The position numbers and the translations under genes were made by a program. The notes under the pieces are model-generated. The model was not told the origin of the DNA and ran no database searches. It saw only the letters and a program-made list of their open reading frames with translations. Below, piece by piece: positions 12,952 through 26,800 of a stretch of DNA of 64,000 nucleotides (position 1 is the stretch's first letter; every line of letters starts with the position of its first letter). Source of the stretch: Pelomyxa schiedti (lineage: Eukaryota > Protista > Evosea); assembly GCA_020536535.1 (NCBI GenBank), contig JAHLWZ010000583.1:9922-73921 (forward strand), given 5' to 3'.

Positions 12952-15900
12952 TCACACATGGAATTCTCTGAGGGATGTTATTTGTGTGATGGCCTTGTTG
13001 CACCTCGTCATTTGTTCTTTAATTTGTGCCATTTGTTGTGCTGCCTGTGGTGATTCCTTGCGTTTGTTGTCAATGAAAAAGGGAGAATTCAATTGAATGC
13101 ACCTTAAGGAGCTGGGAGAGGTCATTATCACCATTGTATAGGGATGATACAAGGGTAGTGTGGAGGTTGCGGAGTGTGTTGTAGACCAGAAAATGCATGA
13201 TGGCCTTAGGTACTGTGTCCGCTATGTTTTTCTGTACAATCGTAAAGTAGGCTTCGAGGAAGGCACCTGTTGAAAGCGGTAAGTAAATATGTGCATACAT
13301 AGTTTTAAAAAAAACCAATTAGCTTCACTTGGATGCTATCTTTCTCGCCGACGGTGGGATCATCTACGAACAGCTAGGAGTTGATGATGAGTGAGAGTAT
13401 AATTACGCGAGACGGGCAGTACCTTCATTTCGTTTTGGATTGCAATAGGATCGGGGTTCTCAGGCTCCTCAGGTTCCTCAGTTGGTTTTTCTTGTTCCGG
13501 TGGTTGTTGAGGTTCCAAATGAGATGTGGCTACCGAGGAATCCAAAGGAGGCCCGGCAGATGATGGTGGAGCCGGGGCTCGTGATGCCGTGGTTGTTGAT
13601 ACCTGGTAGAAAATGAATAATTGGGGATAAACCCAGGAAAAAAATTTCAAGCAGTCACCCTGGAATGTCCAAACAATGCACTTGCAATTCTGGAACGCCG
13701 TCGCTCCTGTTGATACTGTTATAAAAAAAAAATTAGTTACTTTGAAAGTTGGTACTTTTTTTGTGGTAGAGCGTATGCATCCATCGATATGTTTGTGGGC
13801 AACCTTGAGTTCCTCAAACCATATTCCACAGATTGGACATTGGTACTGCCTCAGGGTGAAAAAAACCGAATAGTGTTAGCTTTACACACCACTTGGTTAG
13901 GTGTCATGGGAGGTAGCCCCACAGCAGATGTTGTTGTCGGTGTACTGGTTGGTGTTGGTGGTGCCGGACTTGGAGTGATTGTTGGTTTCGCAGAAGCGGA
14001 GACCGGCGAAATCGGCTTTATATCTGGTCTTGTAAGGGGTTTTACCTGTAGAAAATTAGGCTTTTTTGGTCACATAACACAGAGTACCTTTACGGGTGGG
14101 GAAGTGGGAGAAAGAACGGAGCGCAAAATTTGAGAAGTGGAAAAATCAGGATGAGAGGTATTGAGGTAGGCGAGCTCGATCTATGCTGTGTAAGTTGCAT
14201 TCTAGTACTTGAAAGGTACCTTGATTAAATATTCGATCATTTGTCGAGTGGGTTGAAGATTTGTATTGAGCAAAGAATTAGTAGTTTCGATTACAGAGGT
14301 GCAGAGGCGAGGCAAAAGAGAAAGATGCTTTTGTGAAAGTAAGATACAGGTAAACCTGGAGATCTTTACCTGTGTGGCAAGTTTAGAAGTTGTTTGTACC
14401 AGCTCCTCATGCACCATTTCGCAACACTACAAGTTTGAGTCATAATGAAACAGGGGTAATTGTACCTGAATGGATGGCGCCAGTAACTTCTGTATTTGCT
14501 TTTTTATCAGCACTTCAAATGAGGTTTCTGAGAGGAATAGAGCTGTTCGTGTTCCCTGTAAGAAAGAATCAATATCCGGTAAAAGGAAGGAATTCCAGCA
14601 TACGGTTGAATTCCGAATTGCTGTCAAGAGGTCCTGGTCTGTTATCCCATCCATAGCATGAAGGGAAAAAACGTGAGCAGCAAAAATTTCATTTATTACA
14701 TAGTTGATCCGGGCTCCTCCCGTCCTTTTCGAGCATAAATAGTAAGAAAATTGATTCGCCATACAGTTCAACAAGTGACAGGGAATTCATGGTGCCATCA
14801 ATGGTTTTACTCAGCTCAGTGGAGAATTTAGTGAGATGCTGAAGTAGCAAAGCTCCCTTATTGGAGTAAAGATTTTTTTAATAAAAAAGCAGATGCACAC
14901 TTTATCACAAATTACTGTCGAGTGTACTTGATTATATTTTTCCAATTGACTTCGAGTATCTGCTTTCAGTCAGAAGGTGGCCAAACATTAAGTACATGCC
15001 TTCCAGGATAATGTTCACTCTAATCTTTACATCGGGAAGAATGGCTTTGAGTTTTTCCACAATTATCTGCGAGATTAAGGGAATGCAACTTACTGTGAAG
15101 ATTTACCTGGTATAAAGTTTTTTGCAGATAGGAAACTCCCATTTGTTGCCGGTGGTGGTAGACGCTGTGTTGTAGGAACTGTTGTTCATAACCTATCAGG
15201 AATTAAGTTAGAGGAAAGTAGATAACTGTAAAAATACGCGTATTATGGCAGACAACACCAATACATCCTCTGCAACCACTTTTCTCCCACCTATACTGCA
15301 TAAAAATGTGATGGACTCCTTAATGGTTACTTGGAAAATTACACGGCCATGGCATCTACATCTTTTCCCTGGAGTTATATTAATTACTTGAGGCAACATA
15401 CATAAGATACCAGTAAATCAATTTTTGAGATGACCTTAATTGTTCGGACACCAGTTGGATCAACTATAACCACTTAGAGAGTAGTATGAAGAACTGCTTA
15501 CCAAGTTGAACAAATTGGTGAGTTTCAACATTTGCAGATAGCTGTGCCTCGTTCACTGTAATTACTATGCAATTTGGATTGGAAATAAGCCTATTCGAGG
15601 TGAGAATAAAAACTATCTCAGAGCAACCATACTCTATAATAGCCTTCCGGAGAGTGAAATCTGACTGGTAATAAATGAATATTTCTTTTCTTTAACAAGA
15701 GTAAAAGCACACCTTGGGTAATGGAGGGAGGTCCACTAACGTAATATCGATAACATGTGGAGAAAAAAGTTCGAGAATGATGGGCCTCGAGCCACTTTTC
15801 ACTGTTCGGACAGTCAGGGTTAACAAAGAGTTCTTAGAACTAACCACTCTCATTAGCAAACTCAGCTCTGATCTCAAAAATGTTTGTGTATCGAACTGTG

Positions 15901-16430
15901 GGCTTATGAAGGAACGTGGCCCACTCTTCTCCTGTAGTCTTAGTTCATGTCAGGGTGATTAATGCCGGTTGGTATTATCATTAATTCATAGATACACACG
16001 TTGTGATGCAACCGGGCCACCATTGGGCAAGTAGCAGAAACTCCCACAGGGAAAACACCACCAGAATTATCAGCAGGAACAGGACAACCACCATCACCAC
16101 CAGTAGCGGCAGTATTGCTTCCTCCCCCCATAGCATTACTATTAGGAACATTGACACTAGCTGCTGTTGTTGTTCTGGAATCAAGTCTGTTTGGAATTGG
16201 CATAACCACAGTAGGAACAAGTGCGTTGATGAGAGTGGTCTTCCCACATGATTGGTGCCCAACACAACAAACAACCACATCGTCAATGTGCCCTTTTCCA
16301 TCTGTGTGTAAAATTTATGAACTACAACAGCAACAATATTATTGACTAGTTAAAAATGCTTTTTCTTTGTTCACAAACATGAGCCAAGGAGGCTTTTGAC
16401 TTGATCGAAAAACGGCACAAGGTTATCCAT
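12952..16430 (-). CDS. Dynamin-related protein (Drp1/Vps1-like) with divergent GTPase motifs
   Basis: MDNLVPFFDQV N-terminus; GHQSCGKT; LVDLPPL; VISKIDL; middle domain GGARINYV, AIRNSTGTRTALF; GED YFTIVQKNIADTVPKAIMHFLV. Confidence 0.85.
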
Positions 16431-16554
16431 TGGTTTTTTTTCACTCCTTCGTTTTCGTACGAAAACGGTTCGCGTACATAGCTATGTGATGAATTCTCTC
16501 AATCTCAGAGACTGGGATTACTATCAGAACCCAAGAGAGAAGGCATCAAGCATG

Positions 16555-18190
16555 CTACCTAATTTTGTTTGACAATGGCAATGGGGTCAGTTGGCACCAC
16601 CACAGGGACAAGGGATTTGTTGTACCTGTGACAACAGTTGATGAAGTGTTGGTCACAGAGAGAAACGCGGTTTTGGCTCCAGTGCAGCAGGATTTGAGGC
16701 GGTCTGATTGTTGATTGAGTTTGGTGTTTGTTGCGGAGGTTGCGGTTGTTGTAGTGGTGGTATGCGGTTGACTGTGGGATTCGGGACTGTGTTGTTGGGG
16801 TGGTAGTTTGCTGCGTTGGGGTTTTGTTTGTTTGCGGGGGTGTTGCCGGTTGTTGTTTGTTGGTCTGAGTTCAAATGCTAGGATGAGAGGATTGAAGGAA
16901 TTTGGAGGCAGAATGGGTGTGTAGTGCTGCAAAATAAAGCTGTCCGCGTAGTGATTGAATTCACCCTCTTTCCTGTTCACCGAGAGATAGAGGCTGAGGC
17001 TTCGCAAAAGCGGTATAAGTTTGCTGAGGTGATCGGCTAGAGGAGGTATCCCCGAATTTGTGCTACTGCAAAGGTTTCCGGATTGCTTGCACTTGAGGCA
17101 CAAGTGATGATGTACAGCTGTCTCAAGTATGAGTAAAACTTGTGCGTGCATCCTTGTGATAGTGAGGATGTATCCTTGTAATATAAGATAATTGGCTAAC
17201 CATTGCCCTCGCACTTCTGCAACAGTTGGTTGTTCAGCTTGTGGCATAGAGGGATTTAGTAGAGTTTTGACTTCGGATATCACGGTATCGTGCTGTTTAG
17301 GTATTATTTCAGACAGAGATCTTGTACAAAATTATTTATAGTTTGGTTTTGGGGATGAACTTCATCATACTGAGATGCTGCAGATTGAGTCCAAGCAAGG
17401 GCGTAGTACATAGAACGTCTGCCACTGATAGTGAATAATTTATCAAGTAATTAAGGGTTGAAACCTTAGTGCCGCATTAAAATCCCAATGCCCGAATTTT
17501 CCTAAAGCTTTTTTCTCCAGTGAAAACAGGCACTATTCTTTTACAGGAAAGTACCTGATGGTTTTATTGAAGACACTAGCGCCTTGTAGGATGCCTTCAT
17601 CTGCTTAACAGCTTCTCCTGGGCTTGAAAACAGGACTCTTCCCCCTGAAACTCCATCTACTGCTTGCAACTAAGGTAATCAATGTCACAACTAACAATAT
17701 CAGAAACATAGTCCACACATATAGAGCTACAGGAGAAATAAGCACACTCCTAACACTGCAATCCTGAACCCTAATAATTGGTCAGTAGTCAGTTTCCAGT
17801 GTTTCCACCTTTCCACCCATTGATATTTTCCAAAAAAAAAAAAAAAATTTACGTGAGTACTGGGGAGCCAACGACCCTCTTGCGTTTGTGGCCCCCACGG
17901 CCACATCCAAGACTATTCCCAACAGCCACAACCCCTATATCCTGCCGTGATACACTGCAACTAGTACTACTGCTGCTATTGTTGGCACTCTCCCCAAAAC
18001 AAGTGTCCGGGGCCCCAAACGTAACTTTCTTCTTGGCTCCACCACCGTGCCTCCCACAATTGCCTTTGGAGACGGTTTCCGTCATCGGGGATCCGGGGCT
18101 TGTCCCACTTGTAGCAGTGGTTGCGGCGGCTCCTACGTCGTCGCATTCCGCTGCGCCTCGCGGTACCGTGGGAGGTGTCGCCTCCCGCAT
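16555..18190 (-). CDS. Hypothetical multi-exon protein
   Basis: 115-aa 5' ORF and 242-aa 3' ORF on the same strand with GT-AG-like intervening segments; no recognisable domain. Confidence 0.45.
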
Positions 18191-18353
18191 CACCAACTCG
18201 TTGTGTATGAAATTATGTGAAAAAAGGAGTCAAAAGGGTACGTTTTTTTTTACAGTCACTTGTGTGCCACAAGCAAGGGTTTGTCCCGTGTATTTTTTTT
18301 TTTATTTATTTTGTATTTGGGTTGGTGGCTCTTGGGTGCCGGTGTAGTTGTTG

Positions 18354-19284
18354 TTAGAGTAAAGCAGCCAATAGAATGGCTGCAAGAAGAAGTATAGCGA
18401 GGGGAACCGCGGAAGTTCCGGCGGTGCTGGGTGTAGCTGGTTGGGAGTTAGACAAAACTTATTTGCTTTGTTTTTTGGGAATGGAATGCGTACTGCAGGG
18501 AATGCTCTTGTAGTAGAGATAGCCATATTCGGACTTGTACCCTTGGATAAAGTAGCAGTACGGCTCGGAAACGTAAGTCTCACAGTCTTTGCAGTTAGAG
18601 TCATAGCAAACATCCACCCAGAGGGAATAGTCCGTGTCACAGGTTACTGTGAAGTAGGCATCCTCGTAAGGGTACAGGCAGCACTCGTCGTATGGCTTGC
18701 ACTCTTCCGAGGGATCCCACAGGGCAGGATCAGCATACAACCCGATTGGGGTTCCTCGGCAGTGTTCGTCATTGTAGAGGTTATATGTATTTGACCTTTG
18801 TACTGTCAGTGTTGTGTGTCACATACCGGAAACGAAAAAAACGCACTGGGGCAGAGTCAAGTTATAGACGGTACCACATTCCACCTCTACGCTGCTACCC
18901 TCCTCACAAGACGTCAACGTGCACTCTTCCGAATTAACGGTAGGAATATCAATTGCTTCTGGGTTGTATATAAACTAACCAAACGAAATTCAAAGTTCCA
19001 GTTAGTCGTGGAAAACGTAAACCATAAAAAAACAGTAACGCATCACAATGGTAATAAAAAAACCCCCGGCAATGCCCAATTTTCAAAAGAAAACAAAAAA
19101 CGATCCCGGGATTGTGGGACACCTGTCCATAAGCGTAGTACGGATCGTTGCAGTGCTCGACGTCTGACCACAACGTCACTCGCGTCGTAGAGAATCCCAT
19201 AACCCCGATCGCAGCGCACAACATCACTGTAACCGCTACGCCGCACAACCTCCCATAACCACAACCCCGCGGCATTGTCACCAT
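18354..19284 (-). CDS. Secreted Cys/Tyr-rich surface protein, probable GPI anchor
   Basis: Hydrophobic N-terminal signal; Cys-rich exons; last exon TPSTAGTSAVPLAILLLAAILLAALL*. Confidence 0.65.
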
Positions 19285-19369
19285 GTCCTTTTGTTTCTTC
19301 TTGTTTTTTCCTTCTTCGGCGAAACTAAAAACAAAAGAGAGAAGGAGTTGAGATCTCGTTGCAACGATC

Positions 19370-22300
19370 TTATGGTTCGCAGTGGTCCCATACATTGAGG
19401 ATTCGGGACATCGAGGGGGTCACCGGCGACCAGCAGCACGTGATGACCTGCCTGGCCCAATCTGGCATGGATGTGGTTGGTTCCGAGAATGATGGTGTGG
19501 CGGTGGTGGTGACTGTGGGTTGCAACTGCATGAGGGGGTGTGCAGTGCCCACGAGGATGTGCACGTCATCGTGGGGTATCGGCAGCAGCGCGATTGTGGG
19601 TCCCGTGTTCACGAATCCCACTGATGAATCATCATAGCGCCGCGCTGCGTGGTTGGGCCTGGCTGTTGTTGATGTTGTTGTTGCTGTTGTTTTGGTGTTG
19701 GTGGTTGCGGTGGATGTGTGGATGGAATTGGCCAATTGTATCTCAACAAAGTCCGCCAATGGCTCCATCACCCGGTAAACAAGAATTCCTAGCCAATAAT
19801 CGGTGAGGAAAAAAGGGCAAACTGATTAGGGATTTATTACCAAAGTTCCGTACATCATCCTTTGTGCTGCAGTGCGTGAACCGGTCCACCACGTTCGCGG
19901 CCGGGACAACCTGTTTGTTGTTCAGAAGAGTTTCTGTATGAAAAAAAAAAGGGGGAAGGACCTTGGCCCAAGGGCCAGAGTCCGATTCATCCAAGGAAGT
20001 TACTAAAATCCGGCCTATGTTGTGTGTTATTGGAGGAATAAGTTGAAGAAACAAACCGGGATCGGCCGGCATCTCACCGTGAATGACGAGAGGGGGGTTT
20101 TGGTTGTGGAGGTGTTGCAATCCCGAGGCTACATTCCTCAGTATCTTTGCTCTCAAGCTCATAGGGAAAATCTTCTCCAGGGTGGTGAGTTGTTGTATCC
20201 GGTCACTAGTTTGGGTGGCAACGTGGGTCACACACATTTCAAGAAAGTTGCTCAGCTCAATTGCCTGTGGGATAAGGCCCAAAATGTCTTCGAAAATTCC
20301 CTTGAAGCAAGGAGGAATAGTGAGAGTAACGGCCTCTGTAACCAGCGACAACCGATTAGTGGTCTGAAGGATGCAGGAACCAAGCACCTTGACAACATTG
20401 GGGTGCGTGGGGATTGCCCTCAAACAATTCGCCATAGGCAATGTTATTCGAGGGGAGCCATCCTCTGTTGCCGCTGCATAGCCGTTGATCTGTCGTCGTT
20501 TTGTTCCAACGACGGCCGCGCTGGTGGGACCTCCAGGAGTAACAGTAAGGAAATCGCGCTCCGGGACTAGGTCAGTGAAATGTACTGGGGTGCCGCTATT
20601 GGCTCTGTTGCCTTGCTTGCATATAAAGTTGCACGTTGTAAAACCTCCGGTAAGTTGTGCCTGGTCCACTGAAAAGAAGTGGAACTGTGGTGGTAGTACT
20701 TGTCCTTCTGCGCCATCAGGCAGGAGCATGAAAGGAGTTTGCACAAGCTCCGATAAGCAAATTGGGCATGGATAGGAATACACAGCCTGTGATAAATGCC
20801 TCTCCCTCACAAAGTTTTCCATCCAGGAAATTACAATTGCCATCAAATTGCACTTCCAGTGGGGTTCCTCTCCTTTCAGAAATGTTGTCAGCATTATGAC
20901 ATCAAATGAGTTATTCTTGTAGCCTGGGTATGTTATCAATAAGCGTTGGCTAATCGGCGATTCCTTGGTACTGAAAGTTTTTGAAAGCCACATTCCAGTT
21001 TTCCAATAAAGGTTAACAGTAACATCAGGAAGGTGACAGAGCATGGTCATCACTTTGCTTACTAGTCCCTCTATTAGAGGGCACCTAAAGTCAATTGACC
21101 TCCCATTCACAATGTCCCTCTGATCGTCAGGACATTGGCAGCGATCCTCCCAAATTTTATTCAATCTGCAGTGGAAGATAGAAGGAGATGGTGCAGGAAG
21201 GAATGAAAAAGAAAGGTAGGGCCTGGGACTGTTATTTGTCATGAACATCAGGTCCAGTTCTAACATAAGTTCACGAAGGGAATCACCCTGTCGAGATAGC
21301 ATTATATTTGCATACTGAGACATTTGTGAGAGTAGAGAAAGGAAGGAGTCGCCAGAGGCATATTCTTTAGCTGCAGCCATTAGGTCATTGAACCACAAAG
21401 GCTGACACACTACCATGTCTTTCAAGCGGGAGTTCGATTGGAATTGTGAATGCCTGAAGTGGATAATGGCACCGGCATCGGACAAGAACTCACAGCACAG
21501 GGACAAGTCTATCTCATCAATGTGCTCCTTATTGGATGTCCCCACACCTTTTTTCTTTGCCAAGCGAAGAAACTCTGTCCACTTTAGAGTTTTTTCCGGG
21601 AGTGCCTTACAGAGGAGCATCCAATTGTGGGAAACTGGCGTCTCTTCCTTGGAGACATTCTTCTCGAGCATTTCTGCTATGTCATATCCAGGTTTGTACA
21701 GAATTATTTCCCCACCCCCAGAGAACGGGTAACTGTATGACACTGCTTCAGTGTATGGCGTGCTGAGAGTGTAAAAGCCAATAAACTTCAGGTTTTTCCC
21801 AAGGTGTGGTGTGATGCACGGCTCCAGAAGTTTCTCGTTTATGTAGAGAGAAAAGTTTCTGTCTCTTTTGTGAGAAGAAATTCCAATCACAACAACTTTT
21901 GCCCTTCCAGCTCTGTTGTATTGGTATTGACATTTAGATATCTCCCCAAGCCAAAAGTGAATCCTCTCTGTATTGCAACGATTGTAATCAGTGGCATCAA
22001 AGAAGAGCAGAAATACTGACTTGCTAGTAAAGAGGAGTGGGTAAAATGCGTTCTCTCTGTCCCCTTTTTGAATGAATGAATTAGATTGTTACATAAAACT
22101 ATTACCTAATTCCCATGCAGTCCAGGTGTGATCTGAGTGTTTTGAGAGCTTAAATTGGCTTCGAATCGAAATGAGGCCAGTTTTTCGAGTAGAGCTTGCT
22201 TTTTTTACTTTGAGTCTGTTTTTGTTTGACACTAGAAAATCCACAAAAGCTGATTTGCCGTAAACATCTTCGCCAATGAGAACCATTTTATGAAGTGATG

Positions 22301-23679
22301 GAAACATAGGTGGCTTTCCAAAGAGAAGGTAATGTCTCAGGGAACTCCATCTAGACTGCCTCAAATGCTTTGGCACGTTTGCCAAAAGGGGGCTGGATTC
22401 ATCCAAGATAACAGTTTTGATACGGGAGTGAAAGAACCACAGCGGGAGCCCGTGGATGTAATTTCCAGAGAGGTTCAGGCTTTTACAGCAAAGTCCCCTT
22501 AATTCATCTGGCACAGAGTCCATATGCAAGTCTGAAAGGTCAACATCTTTGCGTTTTAGAGCGTTTGTAAGAATCATTTCTTGTACTGCTGGCCAATTCC
22601 TCATTTGAATCCACCTCTGCAGCGCCAATCCCTTGAAATTAACCACCGGGATGTGCTTCCCTTCTGCACCCACTTCTTGTACTTCAGATTCAGATGATGG
22701 TTCCTGGAAAAGCTCTAACATATATCTCACAGTGGAAGGAGCCATTTCCGCGATATCAATGGTTTCCCCAGGCGCAAAAGAGAGGGGTAATGGCGAGTGG
22801 CCCGAGTGTCCATGAGAAGCTGTAACCCCTGAGAGAAATCAGTGGGCAATCCAGCGATTATATTGAACGAGCGAACATAGACGGAACGCTGGGCATACCG
22901 CCATTGTAGCGCGATGTTTCCAGAATTTCCGAAATCAATCCGGCCAGTGACTCCGCATCCCTGGTTTCATCCCACCGTATCAGCTTCCGCGTGTACATCT
23001 TGTATCCTTGTTAAATTAGTAAGTCGCGTATGGGGTACGAATACACACCAAGAGTGCGGCCCAAATGAGAGCCTTTCCCTGGCCCGGCCGCCTCATCTCT
23101 ACATGGGGGCCCCTGTACACAATCAAATACCGTCGCACCACATTGCCCCCAGTCCCTCCCCCTCCCCCTCCCCCAGCCCCGCGGGTGCCCGCCCCTTGTC
23201 CCTCCTCCCCCCCCCTCTGCCTCCGCCCCCTCCGCCGTCTCCTGCCCCTCCTCCCCCTCTGTGCTGTACAGGTGGGCCAGCTGCCTCTTGGTGGCTGGGG
23301 CCAGCACGTCCCCCACGCTCTGAATCACCGTGACGACAACGCGCACCCAGCTTCGGGAGCCCCCCGTCGGCCCACGGTGGGACCACGCGTCGTAGCCCCC
23401 CCACACCCTCAGACCCAAGGGGGCGGGGGGTGGTGGGCGCGCGGCCGCGCCGCCGCCCCCTGGGTCGGCGCATGAGCCTGGGCGTGGGTCGCAGGCGCCG
23501 TTGGCCCGCCACACGTGTGGGGGGGGCTGCTGGGCTGCTGCTGCCGCGCGGGCGAGGAGGGGGCCCAGCAGGAACTCGGCTTCCTCCCCGATCACCACGC
23601 AATCGACGCCGTGGTCCCCCTCCTCGTCTCCTCTTTTTGCTGTGGCGGGGCCACCGTCGTCCATCCTACTACTGGCCAT
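19370..23679 (-). CDS. ROCO-family protein (LRR - Roc - COR - kinase-like), degenerate catalytic motifs; 5' exon structure uncertain
   Basis: LNLSGNYIHGLP LRR; MVLIGEDVYGKS; CEFLSDAGAIIHF and YWKTGMWL (COR); HPNVVKVLG, VASGLQHLH, VITCCW (kinase fold). Confidence 0.75.
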
Positions 23680-23804
23680 TCGAATGGTGGTTTTCTGGGA
23701 AAAGGTCCTTCATGGTGATGATGGGATTTCGGTGCATTAGATACCAGATCAAAGCGACAATAAGGGGAGCGGGTGTGCATCGCGCGGGGGAGGGACAATA
23801 ACAG

Positions 23805-26800
23805 ATGGACGAGGAGGCAGATAAGAAGTGTTTCGAGCTCAAATCTGGTACTCGACTCACTCTGTTGTGTGTTATTGTGTTGTTTACGGTTACATTGGGG
23901 GGATGTTAGATAGTAGCTTTGTTACTATGTTCAAGCGCTTGCAACAAATACCCACACTCATACGATTCTTTGACCGTGGGAAGTATTTCACGGTGAGTTG
24001 TTTTCTCTCTTGATACGTGGAAAAAAATTCCTACTTTGCACAGGCACATGACCACAACGCTGACTACATTGCCTTGGAATATTATAAATCAAAAAAGGGG
24101 ATTAGGTGGGAATTCCTATACCGACCTTAGCATTGGGCTAACAAAACTATATCTGAATATCTAGAATTGCTGACGATCTCAAATATGTTGTAGTGAGAGC
24201 GGGGATTGAGTTCCAAGATATGGTGCATGATATGTTGCTCAAGAAAAACCTCTCTGTGGAAGTATTCGCATTCGTGAATCATGAATGGGTTGCCGTAAAA
24301 CGTGTATGGCCTGAGACCCTTTCCCATAGAATTCTAACTCTACGTCATAGGGATCTCCGGGAAATCTCCAGCAGTTTGAAGATACCATATTCGCATCGGC
24401 CGAAATGCATGACTCCTCAGTCATTCTTTCACTTGTCACACATTCTACCCTCTCTGCCACGGTAGACAAATTATTATTTCCACTAAAGGGGTTCCTAACT
24501 CATGTAGAATGTTGGTGTGGCTTTTGTGGACTCCTACACTCAGACAATAGGAGTAATGGAATTTCCTGATGATGACCAGCTTTCAAATTTAGAGGTTACC
24601 CAGAAGAAGGATATTTTTTTTTGCTCCTAACATTATCAGTGTGCAGTAGTACAGAGAGGGGCAAAGGAATGCCTTATAGAAACTGTGGCTGAAAACAACG
24701 CTATAGGAAAGAGACTATTACAAGTGCTGGAACGCACCAATGTTGCTGTTACCCAAAAGAAGAAAGGCACCCAACACTTAACTTCTTTGTTTTTCTGATC
24801 TTCATCAGCCGACTTCAATGCAAAAGACATTGAACAAGACTTGTCACGATTACTTGGAGATATACGACCTCACCTTGGTATCATCTAGCTTTGTTACTTC
24901 TCTTTCCTCATTCGTAACAGCTGCGTTGGAAAAACGGTTGGCAATGCAAGCTCTAGCATGCACAATTAAGTATTTGGAGGTTAGTCTCTATTGATTTCGC
25001 GTTCCTTTAAGAGTCACCTCACTGTCTTCAGTTGCTATCCAGCGGTGAACAACACTTTAAATTGGAAGTAGTTGACCTCAAGCAGTTTATGAAACTGGAT
25101 GGTGCTGCCATGAGCGCCCTCAATCTTGTGCCCTCTCCCAAAGACGGTTTTCTCATAATTGTTTGGTGCTCCTGACTTTCTAAACTCTCATAAGGCCCTG
25201 GAGCAATGAACTTGTTCAATATTCTGAATCACTGCCAGACTTCGATGGGAGAGAGACAGTTAATAAGATGGATAAAGCAACCTTTGATAGATGTCAATGA
25301 AATAAGTATTGTCCCTCCTGCTACTACCTTTCTCACTGTGCACAGTCAAGCGGCAAGACAGAGTAGAAGCATTAGTGGTTGATACATCTGCCCGCCGTAG
25401 GCTTCAGGTTCAACAGTCTCTGCATCCATTCGTCAAATCACCTCAAATAGGAAGGAATCAAAGGAATTCCAGATTTGGATCGTTTAGCAAAACGGCTTTC
25501 TTCCCACAAGGGAACACTTCAGGTATCTTACCTTTCCATTACAAAGGGTCATATTCAATACAAAATTGCAGGACACCGTATCGTTCTATGGTGTAATAAA
25601 GAAAATCCAAATTTTGCAAGACGCACTCTCAGAAGTTCAAACACCCTATAACGCTCCAATGCGGGAGGAATTTTTGATTCCCCTAGAGGTCTTTCTACTG
25701 CCTAGCAAGGTATTTAGGTAATCAATTGAACAGGAAAACTCTGAGGGTTGTTCTGAGTACATCAAATTTGTAGAAACGGCAATAAACATGGAGAAGGTGG
25801 AAAAAGAACATGTGTATGAACCTCACCACAACATAAATACCCCTCACATTCCATACAGGTATGAAATCAATCCGACACAAAACGGTGACCTCCTGGCCAT
25901 CGAGAAGAGCAGAGAAGCGATCTCTGGAAAAATTACCGCCGAGCAGCAAAGCGTAGCTGACTCAATGTCTATTCCTGTTTCTAGAGTCAAACTTGTGGAG
26001 GCACCCCAACATTTTTTCCTCTTCAGAGTCACAAAGAAGGTGAGTCCATTTGTTATCTTAAAAAAAAAACATATCTATGATGTAGGATTCGTCACACGTA
26101 CAGGGGAAAAACTATCGGATCATAGACAACGCAAAAGGAGCTTGCAGATTCACTACAACAAACCTCCAGCGTCTTGTTTCCAAACAACACGAACTGGAGG
26201 AAAACTATCAAGCCCTTTCACAGGCTGTCACAGACAAAGTCAAAGAAATTACCGGTTAGTTGATTCTGCTTTTCTTTTTGGTCACTGACCTTGTTGAAGA
26301 AAGCTTTATCCCGCTCATAGAACTTGTTGCTTATACTGTCTCCAGACTTGACGTTTTCCTGAGGTAAACTAAGGACCTTCACTGATGTGGCTCCCTCACC
26401 TTCACTTCTAGTTTAGCTGAGGCTGCTTGCGTTGCTCCTACACAGTACATTCGCCCCGAAGTTGTGCCTTCTGTCTCTGTTGTAGATTCCACTCCTTCAA
26501 GCAGTCCGGCAAGAAACGAGATTGTCCTGCTTGATTCTCGGCATCCCTGTGTTGAGAAAGGAGAAGGGATACATTTTATACCAAACAATGTTGAGCTCCG
26601 ATCTGGTATGTTTAAATGCAAGGTGTTCCGTTCTTTGACGCAATTTTAGGGGAATCAACTTTCCAGATCATTACTGGCCCTAACATGGGAGGCAAGTCCA
26701 CTTACATAAGACAGGTACCTATTGACATCAGGCTCTTCTTTCTTTAATGTCAAAAATCAGATTGGTGTAATAAGTGTAATGGCCCAACTTGGCAGTTTCG

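Noticed and set aside
23065-23801. Several GC-rich overlapping ORFs
   Set aside because: Expected in stop-poor GC-rich first exons; no independent coding signal.
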